A DNA stretch of 62,174 nt, counting the filler, from Diploschistes diacapsis (taxonomy: Eukaryota), in the NCBI GenBank assembly GCA_023645945.1. It is 8 parts of 8 records of this genome, joined end to end, with 100 filler letters (N's around TTAATTAATTAA, not from the genome) between each part and the next. Parts side by side here need not be neighbours in the genome. Positions count along the whole stretch, not along the records: positions 14,979 to 42,263 come from JALAIB010000164.1; 7 more parts are not named here. One strand, written 5' to 3'. Of the stretch, positions 24,475 to 36,435 are shown in pieces. How positions within the stretch are numbered: the first letter of the stretch is position 1; each line of letters begins with the position of its first letter. Under the pieces are notes generated by a model. That model was not told where the DNA came from and made no database searches. It saw nothing but the letters and a program-made list of their open reading frames with translations. Both the position numbers and the translations under genes were made by a program.

Positions 24475-27400
24475 ATGTCGGATCCCAATATCTATACCGT
24501 TGGCTGGATTTGTGCCTTGAGTACGGAATATGTTGCGGCACAAACGTTTCTTGACGAGAAACACGAAGGGCCGGAACAAGTGTCGCCAAACGACAACAAC
24601 GATTACGCTCTGGGTAAGGTTGGGAAACACAACGTTGTCATCGCCGTACTCCCAGATGGAGAATATGGTACGGTTTCTGCTGCAGGAGTAGCAAGAGATA
24701 TGCTGCATAGCTTTCCAAATGTCAGAATAGGGCTCATGGTTGGCATCGGCGGCGGCGTGCCAAGCAAAAAGCATAATATTTGGCTCGGCGATATTGTAGT
24801 GAGCTCACCTACCAGAGGTCAAAGTGGTGTGATCCAGTACGACTTTGGGAGGACAGTTCAAAACCAGAGCTTTCAACAGACAAGGGTCCTTAACCAGCCA
24901 CCCCCAGTTTTGCGGGCGGCAGTTAATGGACTAAAAGCCCAACCCGAAATGAACGGACATCAATTTGAAAAAGCAATTGAAAGCGTTTTAGCGAGCAATA
25001 AAAGACTTTGGCAGAAGTACAAGCGACCGGATCTGAACGTTGAAAGATTGTATCGATCTGGTGTTGTACATCCGCCAGGCAGCGAAACAGACTGCAGTGA
25101 GTTTTGCGGCAATGATCCTTCGAGCTTGGAAACCCGATCGGGGTGGCCAGAAAGAATGGATAATCTAATGGTACATTATGGCTTAATTGCCTCAGCAAAT
25201 CAATTGATGATGGATGCTTCGATTCGGGATACTCTAGCAAAAGAAAAGGATGTTTTATGTTTCGAGATGGAAGCTGCCGGGCTGGTAAACCACTTTCCGT
25301 GCTTGGTGATCCGAGGGATATGCGATTATTCAGATTCTCATAAAAATCACGAATGGCAAGGTTATGCGGCGATGACGGCTGCTGCATATGCCCGAGAATT
25401 GCTGTATCGAATTTCCCCTACCAGCGTGGAGAATGAGAGAAGAATCAACGATGCTCTAAATTCTAGTAAGTTGGAGTAGACTATAATCCAAGTATCTATT
25501 TGACCGGCAATAGTCAGTCATAGTGTGGAGAGCATGCATACCACCATAACTGATTTGAGCAATATATATACTGAAGACAAAGTTGAACGCTGGCTCTCAG
25601 CCCCAGATTCCTCAAGCAATTTTAATAGAGCTAAGGCGCAGCGCCACGGTAATTCGGGTAATTGGTTTCTGCAATCCGAGTCTTTTACAATGTGGAAGAA
25701 ACAGCCAAACTCCTTTCTTTGGCTTCATGGCATTCCCGGATGCGGTAAAACAGTATTAAGCTCCACCGTCATTGAGGAACTAAACAAGAACGGGAACCCT
25801 ATGATATTCTACTTTTACTTCGATTTCAAAGATGCACGCAAACAGTCATTTGAGCATGCTGTCCGATCACTGATTCACCAATTCCGCGCCAGATCAAGTG
25901 GCAGTTGGAAACAATTGGATTCGCTCTTCTCTTACTGTGCAGAAGGGAAGCGACAGCCAACTATTGAATCATTACGCACGGTTCTTCTGGATATCATTCA
26001 GCAGACCAAAGAAGTCTGGATTGTGTTTGATGCTCTTGATGAGTGTGAGAAAGAAGTGTCCTCAAACCAAACGCTTCTATCATGGATCAAGAGCTTGATA
26101 CAAGCTAAGAAAGGCAATGTTCACGTGCTCGTTACCAGTCGCCCTGAGCATCACATTGATGCAAGAATACGTGAATTTGCGAATGACGAACACATAATAC
26201 GAATTCAGAGCGACCTTGTCAGTGATGATATTCGCGCTTATACTCGTGCGAGAGTAAAGGATGGCCTAGGCTTCATGAGATGGCGCTCGAGACCACAAGT
26301 GCAAGATGAGATCGAGAGCAAGCTTATAGCAAAAGCAGGCGGAATGTAAGAATTAAGCGGTTATAAAATCTAAATGCACAAAGATCTAATCTGGCATAGG
26401 TTCCAATGGATTGCATGCCAACTTGATGCACTAGAGAAATGCCTGGACCCAGTTCAGCTCCAAAATTCGTTGTCGTCCCTCCCACCTACGTTGGACGAAA
26501 CGTATGCCCGAATCCTGCGTCAAATTCCTCCCGAGTACGAACGGAACGCTGTTAGGATTCTTCAACTCTTAGCGTTCTCCGAGCGACCACTGCGGATTGA
26601 GGAAGTTGTCGACGCAATAGCAGTTGACCCTGAAGGCAATCCACGCTTCGATCCGAACAACAGAATGCCTGACAAAACTGAGGTCTCTTGCTATTGCTCA
26701 AGCTTGGTGGCTGTTGTTTGCAGGGAATACGATAATGGATTCGGGAAAGGTAATATGATGGAGCTTCATCTTGCGCATTTTTCAGTGAAGGAGTACTTGC
26801 TATCCGAGCGGATTGACAAACAATTCACGCCCTTTTTCGAAGATTTGATAGCAAAAGCGTCAATTGCAGAGCTGTGTATATCATATCTGCTTCAATTTAA
26901 CCCGTTCTACCCAGGAAACACCGTGGACCACGAGCACTTTTGGAACCCATTAGTTGGATTTCCGCTGGCCAACTATTCTGAGCGGTATTGGTTAAGTTAT
27001 GCCAGGTCGGCGGCAGACAGTGATTTACTGTACGAACTGATCTTGCAATTCATCCAATATAACGAGCAAAATGCTTCTGCGTTATATTATGCATCTCATT
27101 GGGGACTTACAAGTATAGTTAACAGATTACTAGAGAATGGTGCCTACGTCAATGCGCAGGGTGGTGATTACGGCAGCGCCTTACAAGCAGCTTCACATCA
27201 AGGCTCCGAACGTATAGTACAAATACTGCTCGAGCATAATGCCGACGTTAATGCGCAGACTGGTTATTTCGGCAGCGCTTTACAAGGAGCTTCATACAAT
27301 GGCTGCGATCGAATAGTACAAATACTGCTCGAGCATGGTGCCGGCGTCAATGCGCAAAGTGGTGATTACGGCAGCGCCTTACAAGCAGCTTCATTCATGG

Positions 27401-28203
27401 GCCGCGATCGAATAGTACAAATACTGCTCGAGCATGGCGCCGACGTCAATGCGCAGGGTGGTGATTATGACAGCGCCTTACAAGCAGCTTCATTCATGGG
27501 CCGCGATCGAATAGTACAAATACTGCTCGAGTATGGTGCCGACGTCAATGCGCAGGATGCCGCCGCCTTCCATACGCAGGATGGTAATTTCGGCAACGCC
27601 TTACAAGCAGCTTCATGCAGTGGCCACGATCGAATAGTACAAATACTGCTCGACCATGGTGCCGACGTCAATACGCAGGGTGGTGATTACGGCAACGCCT
27701 TACAAGGAGCTTCATGCAGTGGCCACGATCGAATAGTACAAATACTGCTCGAGCATGGTGCCGACGTCAATGCGCAGGGTGGTCATTACGGCAGCGCCTT
27801 ACAAGCAGCTTCAGATGGAGGCCACGATCGAATAATACAAATACTGCTCGAGCATGGTGCCGACGTCAATAGTAATCACGACGGCGCCTTACAAGCAGCT
27901 TCATACAGGGGCCACGATCGAATAGTACAAATACTGCTCGAGCATGGTGCCGACGTCAATGGTAGTCACGGCGGCGCCTTACAAGCAGCTTCATTCAGGG
28001 GCCACGATCGAATAATACAAATAACGCTCAAGCATGGCGCCAGGCCAAAGCACAAGGAGGACCACGGAAAGGTCTTTGAAAGAATCAGAACCCGATTTTC
28101 TGCAAGCACAAAAGGACCGAAAGGTGAAAGGGGGACGAAAAAGAGAAAGTGGAGCGAGTTAGGAAATGAAGCAAAAAAAAAAAGAGGGAGCATATCGATC
28201 TGA
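24475..28203 (+). CDS. Fungal NLR: N-terminal PNP_UDP (nucleoside phosphorylase) - NACHT - ankyrin repeats; introns 25466-25513 and 26346-26399
   Basis: YTVGWICAL..E, LMVGIGGG, CFEMEAAG, IRGICDYSDSHKN (PNP_UDP); Walker A GIPGCGKT, Walker B VFDALDE, LVTSRPE, AGGMFQW..CQL, LPPTLDETY; about 10 ankyrin repeats. Splicing keeps frame. Confidence 0.93.
27139..28042 (+). repeat. Nine near-identical tandem ankyrin-coding repeats (99 bp; one of 120 bp; last two of 93 bp)
   Basis: Recurring cgatcgaatagtacaaatactgctcgagcatggtgccgacgtcaat...gccttacaagcagcttca. Confidence 0.92.
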
Positions 28204-28327
28204 ACCTCTTTCACCCATCCAAACCCAGATAGATATCCTTCCATGCTGGCTCCTTTCTTTAATCACATTATCATCTCCACCCACACACCCTCTCCCTCCT
28301 CGCTCCTCCTCCAGCGCGCACTCCTAC

Positions 28328-28430
28328 TCTTCTTCTTCTTCTTCTTCTTCTTCTTCTTCTTCTTCTTCTTCTTCTTCTTCTTCTTCTTCTTCTTCTTCTT
28401 CTTCTTCTTCTTCTTCTTCTTCTTCTTCTT
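28328..28430. repeat. (TCT)n microsatellite, about 34 units
   Basis: Perfect run read directly, about 125 bp after the NLR stop codon. Confidence 0.95.
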
Positions 28431-30088
28431 CCTCCTCCACCTTTCCCCCTTCACCGCCCCCAAGAACTCCGCATCGTCTCACAAAAACCATTCCTGCCCT
28501 CGACGCCATCCGCCGCGGGAATCAAGCCCAGATCGCACTAAACAACCTTGATCTTGGGCCAGGCGGGAGGAAAGGCATCGTCACGCCCCGTCCAGCGCGC
28601 GTCGGACAGCGAGCTGACGTTATGCTGCAAGTGCGACACGCTCCAAGGCCGGTGGCACGAGGGGCATGCGCACGAGTCGAGGACGAGCAGCAGCAGCGCG
28701 TCGAGCCAGTTTCGCACGGCGGGTTTTTGGGGGGGGCGGGGAGGCGAGAGAGATGGATTAGGGGTTGGAAGAGGGGCAGGAAGAGAGGGAGTTGGCTGGT
28801 CGATGACAACCGCGCTGGGGAGAAGTAAGTGGTGGAATGAAAAGAGAGGGGGAGGGGAAAGCCGGCAAGGGAAGGGAGGAACGAACCCGGAGAGGGAAGG
28901 AGGAGGAGGAGGGGTGGGAAAGAAGCTGTGAGAGGAGGAAGCTTTGAGCGGTCTTGTTGGGTCTAGGACAACGGAAAAAGAAGAGAATGTCTTGAGTAGC
29001 AGCGGAAGTGAACTGGCAAAAAGCCCACAGTGATGATGGTGTGCAGTCCTAAGAATTTTCGATATACTTCATCCGTTCACCGAACGTGGTTAGGTTAGGA
29101 TCGGCGTACGAGTGATGTTCACATTCTGATAAGCTTTAATGTATCTAACTAGTTGTGGCGCATATCAAAAAAAAAAAAAAAAGGGCTCAACGTGTCCTAA
29201 CATATGGTGAAAGGTCCCCTTGTACCGCACCCTAATCAGCGCTAACCTTTATTCTAGAGAGAGGGTACTTTCGTAGTTATGGTATCTATAGCGCAGCTCG
29301 ATTGGGGCTGGACGTCATGGCAGCTGGCAACGTGCCGAGAAGGTACTCACCAATAGTTCCCTTCCGGGGGTGTTCTTACAGCTTCAGCTTGCTAGCATGG
29401 TGGGCGTTGTCCTAACCCATGCAGTACAGTGAAAGGGTCTACTGGTCAATCAGAGAGGTACGGAGAGCTCTAAGACAGCGCGAACCGTGATACCACCACC
29501 AAAGAAACATCACAGCGACAGTCAAAGGCCACAGACGTGCAGCATGATGGACAGGGAAAGGCTCATCTCAGAATTTGGATGGAATAACTCTGTTCGCCTG
29601 GGAAGGTCTTATCAACAGTAACCAGTGAAGCGCTCATAGCCAATTTCAATTGCCCATCTTCATTATTCCAGCCACCCCTGCTTGGCCCGCTGCTACCCAC
29701 TGTGAGAAGCATGGAAGGGGGTGGAATGGAATAACCATGGACGTCAAGAAGTAAACGCTCTCCCATTCACCATTCCATCCTCCACCGCTTTCCCTTCACA
29801 ACAAAGCAGAACGCCCTCGTCCTACCGCAGGCCGAGATGAGTGACAGGGACAGAAGCTCGAAAGATCATGACATCGTAAGTGTGTAAAAGTAGCAAGAGG
29901 GCACCGAAAAATAGCAATCATTGCAGTCAAGCGTGCAGATTCAGCACCGTGAGAGCCAACCAAACACCCGGTGATGCAGCCACCGGTACCTCTGGCCACT
30001 ACAAGAACTCACGTTCCCATCCATCACTTCTGCCCTGGGTATCTAAAAAAGAATGCTATGCAGCACGAACGAAAAGCCTTGTCGGAGA

Positions 30089-33000
30089 TCAACCACTGTG
30101 AGATCTCAAAAGCGGCATGGTCTGGATACGTTAGTGACATATGGACACAAAGCAGGCTCGAAGGCATACCTTTTCGAGCGGGTCCTGTTGATCCGCTGTG
30201 ACCAATGCTGGACTTTGTGATCCATCCGTTGTTTGTCCGCTAGCGGTCGCTGCACGGTTTTCGAGTTGCGGCCTAAGATGCTTGCTGGCTTTGGGTGATT
30301 TCTGAGGCTTCGCCGAAGCAGGTGTCGCTCTCGCAGCTTCGTCCTTGGCTGACGTTATGGAATCGCTATTCCGTTCCAGAAGCTTGCCCCCAAGGGTGGC
30401 ACACTTGAGAATAGTTTGCATCATTTGATTGGAATTCAGAGGTTTTGATAGATACTCATCCATCTGCGCCTGGATGCATTTTTCGCGATCGCCAAGCATA
30501 GCATGAGCCGTGAGTGCGATGATGGGAATCCTGACCTGCCCGTTCTCACGCTCCCATTCCCTAATCTTGGCGGTGGCTTCGAATCCACCCATGATCGGCA
30601 TTTGCACATCCATTAGTACAACGTCGAATCGCTTCTTCTTGACTGCTTCTACCGCTTCCAACCCGTTGTTTGCAACCGTCACGCCGTGGTTGTACCTCTC
30701 CAATATCCTAACAGCTAATCGCTGGTTGACTTCGTTATCTTCGGCAAGGAGGATATCGAACGACTTCGAATGATCCGTGATCAAAGGCGTGGCTTGCCTC
30801 TCGAGTGCTGGAAACATGCCGTTGCCGAGATCCATGAGCTGACAAGGTGTCGTCATATACGAAGCAATACCAAGGTCGAGCGCAGACTTCATGCTGACGG
30901 AGACCACTGGAGCAAGCAAGACAATAGGCACGTACTTGAGCTCCGAGATCTCCCTCAGCTGGACTGCAGTATCTGTCCCGTCGACGAGAATGACATCGAA
31001 ATTTGCCCCGGACGGGCCGCGGAACTGGGCGAGGGCGCTGGCTGAGATAGGCCGCTTCACATTCAATAGAATAGGCATCAAATCGAGCTCCTTGAGCATG
31101 TGTTTAATTTCAGCGGCGTAATTTGTCCGCCCCTTCTCGATGAACAGGACTCGACGCTTCTTAAAGGGTGCGAGCTCATCTTTGACCGCCTGGTTGTCTG
31201 GTGGTGCAATTTTTACAAGGCATGTGAAATAGAACGTGCTTCCGTGTCCAAACTCTGATTCCACCCAGACATCGCCACCCATTAGGTTGACCAGCCTCTT
31301 GGAGATGGACAGACCAAGCCCAGTGCCACCGTATTCTCGCGTCGTCGATCCGTCGGCTTGCTGAAAAGTGTCAAATATCAGGTTAAGTTTATTGGCTTTG
31401 ATTCCGATGCCAGTATCTGCGACGGAAAATTCAATTGCGCACTCATCCAACCCAGGTTGTGTCCTCGAGCTGGGTTTGATCGTTAGTTTGACCTCGCCAT
31501 GCTCCGTGAATTTAATGGCGTTCCCAACGAGGTTGAGGATGACTTGCCGAAGCCTGTGTGGGTCACCGGTCACGTAGTCTGGGAGGGAATTGTCCACCTG
31601 GTACGTGAGATTGAGGTGTCTATCAGTCGCTCGGACTGCCAAAGTCTTTAGAGCGTTAAAGACGGCCCCTCTTACGCTGAAGGGAATCGCTTCAATGACC
31701 ATACGATTTGCTTCAATCTTGGATATGTCGAGGATGTCATCGATGATAAGCAAGAGGTTGTTGGCGAGGTTCTGTACAATGTTGAGCATTTCTCGTTGGT
31801 ACTGTGTCAACTCGGAGTCGAGCGTCAGCTGTGTCATGCCGATGATACCGTTCATAGGCGTTCGGATCTCGTGGCTCATGTTGGCCAGGAACTCGGACTT
31901 TGTCTTGTTGGCAAATTCTGCTGCTTCTCGCGCAGCGGTGTTCTTTCTCATGGTGTCTCCGAGATCCATGACCATCTTGTTGATCTTGCGCTTGAGCTCG
32001 TCCATCTCGCCAGATGCATTGACGGTGATGATCTTGTCAAACTTGCCCTTAGCAGCTGCATCCGTAATTTCGCCAAAGGCTCGGACTTGGGCCGTAAGGT
32101 TCTCTGCCATGGTGTTCACATCCTCCGTAATCTCCTTCCACCTTCCCTTCACGTTGTTGACGTTGGCTTGACCGCCCATCTTGCCATCAACCCCGACGTC
32201 CCTGGCGACTTTCTTCAACTCCCGAGCAAAGGTGTCCAACGTAGTTACCATGTCGTTTATCGTGATCTTCAGCTTCAACACCTCGCCCTGCGCATGAACT
32301 TCAATTTTCCTGCTCAAGTCGCCTCTTGCGATTGCTTGCGTGACATCGGAGATACCTCGGACCTGCGACGTGAGATTCTGGGCCATGATGTTGACATTGT
32401 CCGTGAGTTCGGCCCATTTGCCTTGGACGTTCTCCACCTTTGCCTGACCACCGAGAACGCCATCGGTGCCCACTTCTCGGGCAACTTTGCTGACCTGGAA
32501 CGCGAAGGAATTCAAGCGATCCACCATATCGTTAATAGTATTCTTCAAGTCCAGTATTTCACCGCTGACCTCGGCCTTGATTTTTCTGCTCAAGTCTCCC
32601 TTTGCAACGGCGGTGGTGACAGAGGCTATCTCTCGAACCTGTGTGGTGAGGTTCGAAGCCATGAGGTTGACGTTCTGTGTGAGGTCTGCCCAGGTCCCTT
32701 GCACATTCGGAATGACAGCTTGCCCACCGAGCTCGCCGTCCGTACCGACTGCCTTGGCAATCTTGGTAACCTCTCGTGCGAACTGCCTGAGCTGGTCCAC
32801 CATAGAATTAATAGTCAATTTGAGCTGCAGAATCTCCCCTTGGCAAGGCGCTTCAACCTTCCTGGTGAGGTCTCCTTTGGCGACGGCGGTAGTCACGGTA
32901 GCAATGTCTCGGACCTGGTTGGTCAGGTTGCTGGCCATGGCGTTTACATTTACCGTCAGGTCGTTCCACATGCCCTTCACGCCCTCTACTTCGGCCTGGC

Positions 33001-34039
33001 CGCCTAGCTCACCTTCTGTGCCAACTTCGCGAGCGACTCTTGTGACTTGCGTAGCAAACATTCTCAGCTGGTCCACCATCTTGTTGATCGTAAGTTGCAA
33101 CTGCAAGATCTCGCCTTTGGCAGGCCGTTGAATCTTCTTTCCTAGATCACCTTCCGCAACCGCTGTGGTGACCTCGGCAATCTCTCTGACCTGCAGAGTG
33201 AGATTTGTAGCCATATGGTTGACGTTCTCCGTAAGCTCTTTCCAGATTCCCGAGACACCCTCGATCTGGGCCTGTCCTCCAAGTTTGCCCTCGGTGCCGA
33301 CTTCTTTCGCTACTCTTGAAACTTCACTACCGAACAGCTGCAACTGATCCATCATCGTATTGATGGTGCGCTTGAAATTTGCAATCTCTGGGTCCATCTC
33401 CACCTTGTGGATCAGGACTTTATGGCTCAGGTCGCCCTTTGCAACGTTGGTGATTATGCTGCCTATCTCCCTGAGAGCTTTTTGAAACGCCAGATTAGCT
33501 TGCTGGTTCTTTGCCAATTCCCGCTTCATCTGGCTAATGTCCTCGTGCTCCACCTTGGTAAATTTCTTCTTCGCTTCGACCTGTTGCGCATTAAGACGTT
33601 TGTCCATGTCTGCGATTATCTCTTTGTGCGTCTGTATCTCCTCCGCCTGTTTCTGAACATACTCGCGAACATGGCCAAGGCCTTCTTCGGTTACAGGATG
33701 TTCTTCACCATAGTCCATTAGGGCTGCAGCAACATGTGACGGGACCTGAGACGAGCTTTTATGCCGCGACGTCGGTGTACCATTTCGCCCGTCACTGGTA
33801 TCAAAGAGCGCAGCTCCAGGCTCATTTGGCGTTGCGGGAAGGTTGTGGGAGGTGATGGTCACAGTCTTACTGAGGTGGTTGCATCGACCTTGCAAAGCAG
33901 CCAGTTCCTGCTCGAACAGGAGCTTGGCGTCGGTATCTGGGCCCGGGAGCGGCAATTTAACGATATCGCCGGCAGAGCTACTCTTTGCAATGTTGCGAAT
34001 GATGGCTGTCGCAGCGGCGAGCGTCTCGTCCTGTTGCAT
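30089..34039 (-). CDS. NIK1: Group III hybrid histidine kinase (poly-HAMP, HisKA, HATPase, receivers), Nik1/Os-1/NikA; single intron 30169-30122
   Basis: Tandem ~92-aa HAMP repeats ([14 protein letters not shown]), H-box [16 protein letters not shown]-box [23 protein letters not shown], receiver VLMDVQMP. Last exon is [10 protein letters not shown]. Confidence 0.97.
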
Positions 34040-34900
34040 TATGTTGGCGGTCGAAGTAGGGTGTCAAACGCTCATTGGTGGTATTTATTAGCTCGATAGC
34101 TTTCCTATAAGCCCCTATGTCATTCTTGAGCACCTATTGTGCAATTCGTTCCACTCTAGGTCAGGTTGTACAAACGCTTATCGGGGATCTTTGTCGATGA
34201 CGCCGAGTTGTTCCGGTAACGAAGAAGGAGCAAAGGAAGCTGCCTATAGAGCTGTTGGTTGAGTTCAAGAGGACAGCTTTGGCTTTGAACGGTCGATGGC
34301 GGGACGAGACCAATTGACAGGAGAATCGAAAACGAGAGGTTTTTGGAGGAAGAGGTTCAACGTGTAACGTTCAACGGGCGCACAGGTAGAGATCGAACAT
34401 GCCAAGCTTTTCTTGGAAAAAGGAAAAAGGAGGCGGGATACCGAAACTTAATATTATTCTATTCTTCAATTTTGCAAACCACCGTCATGTCCACCACACC
34501 TTAATCGCCTATGTACAACAGCTCGAAATATATTCGCTAGCTTTTCTTCTGCAGTTCAAGCATGTATCATGTACGATAGGCATGCGAAACAACTGCTTTA
34601 TGAAACAGGATTTGATTTGAAGCAAAACTGTACGGAGTTATGTTCTCCCGATGGCATCTGCAATTGGTTCATGCGTTTAACGGTCTGTGATGATGTATGC
34701 CTTCTCCATGGAACCGATGCAGTCTGTATACGCTACTGTTAACGTGGAAAGCTTAATTGAACTATGGAACCGAAGCGCTCTGGTTTCCCGGTATAAAGCG
34801 TTGCAGATCCCCAACTATCGTCGACCAAGCTCACAGGGCATATAACTCCTCACTTCAATGTACCAAGCTGTTCATGCTTGCATATACTCTAGCTACGTGA

Positions 34901-36126
34901 CTAAGCAGGCTCTTGAGCCCGCTTCTTTCTCTCTGTCGCGCTACCAATGGCCTGTCTTACCAGTGGGTCAGCTCGAACAGTGTTTAGCACAAGCCACTCG
35001 CGCATGCCATCTTTCAGTTCCTTGGGTGCCTCATCTTTGCCAACGTGAGGCGCCAGCTCCATGCCCAGCAAACGAGTAGCCTCAGCCTCGTTCGCCATTG
35101 CCAGCTGTTCCAAGCGTGAAAGTCGTACCGGATCCACGACGTTGCTGCCTTGTCCACCAACGCTTTGAAATTGTGGGCCGAGCCGGGAAAGCGCGACCGA
35201 TATCGTGAAGGCGATCTTGCGGGCTAATGCGAGCATCTGAAAAGGAAGGAGTGGCGGCTGAGATGGTATGATCGTGATAAGTGGGTTAACGATCTTGACC
35301 AGGAATGAGGGAGGCTGTGGTCGCGTAACTGTGTACACCTCAAGGAGAATCAGGCTTGCAATTGACACATAGCGCCACTGATACCCGTCAGTCTTGCCTA
35401 AACAACCTTTACCACGCTAACTAGGCAAACTTACAAATCGACCCCAATTTAAATACCCCATCACACCCAGCAGGAGTGTGGCAAGCACCGTTAACATGTA
35501 TGAGGGTGCATAGACTCTGAAGCCGACCAAGAGATAATCGCGTATTGAAGCACAATGCTCCCACCTCAACATGTCCGGACCGAACCGATCGTAGGCAAAC
35601 CGGTGCAATGGATTCAGGAGCGTGTCCTGTGCTAACTTTAGGTGCACAAAATGAGAGTCGGATATCCCGTCGCCTAATGTGGCGGACACCTTATCTGGAT
35701 GATGGAGTGCTGCTCTGTACAAACGTGAGCTCCAGCCGAAAGGAGTCCAGGCCTTGTTGGAAAGATTACTTACAGTCTCCGGAACCGGGACTTAATGCCT
35801 CGATCGGTCACATCATGGCTTACACTAAGCACACGGTAGAAGTCGCCTTCTCTTACAATAGTAGCGTACGCATCGTAGACAGTGAGGAACAAATATGCCA
35901 CCACTAAGATGGCATGTATGCGCTGATTGTGCTTCACCCATCTCGGAGTTCCCGGCTGCGGCCGTGGCCCACCGGCACGGATCCTTAGGCCATAGTAAGT
36001 GGATTGAACGAATCGGGTAGCAGTCTGAATTTTTGATCAGCTTGCGAAAGCCTGGGAAAGGTGGAGGATGAGGCATACACCAGGTAGGAATGACCATCCA
36101 ACGAAGGACAGAAAGGCTCGATCCAT
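34901..36126 (-). CDS. Membrane-associated DnaJ-domain protein (fungal), 4 exons
   Basis: MDRAFLSFVGWSFLPG|TATRFVQSTYY..GDFYRVLSV..IKSRFRRL|AALHHPDK..LKLAQDTL..RFAYDRFG; hydrophobic segments; three GT..AG introns. Confidence 0.8.
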
Positions 36127-36435
36127 TACAATTCTATATAATAAATCGTGTAGGGGCGTAAACAATCATTTAGTATATTTCTAGATGAATAAAGCATGAA
36201 TGGCCGCGCTGCGAATTGCGCCCTGATCACGTGGGCAATATAAAATTGGTCGGGCTTTTATTGCACTTGAATTGTCAAGTTGGAATTTCAACTTTGCGTA
36301 GATGAGATACTGCACTGCAAACGCATCTTTTTTCATGGACATCTAGCACTGTCCTAAGCAATGTCCACAACTACTGGCATTTTATTAGATACTACATCCA
36401 GGCGTCAAATGCACGGTCAAGCATCGAAATAGATA

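Noticed and set aside
28166..28828. Poly-Ser/Phe/Lys/Glu ORFs
   Set aside because: Products of the (TCT)n microsatellite read in different frames; no supported start or family.
29160..29520. Possible Pol III RNA, SRP RNA or telomerase RNA (A-run, CCGGAAGG, CCTAACCC-like words)
   Set aside because: SRP helix-8 flanking motifs are absent, template-like matches are too short, and I could not support a fold by eye.
31590..33131. Long antisense ORFs opposite NIK1 (also opposite the DENN gene, the helicase and CTNNBL1)
   Set aside because: Expected shadow ORFs of GC-rich, codon-biased genes; no recognisable protein features.
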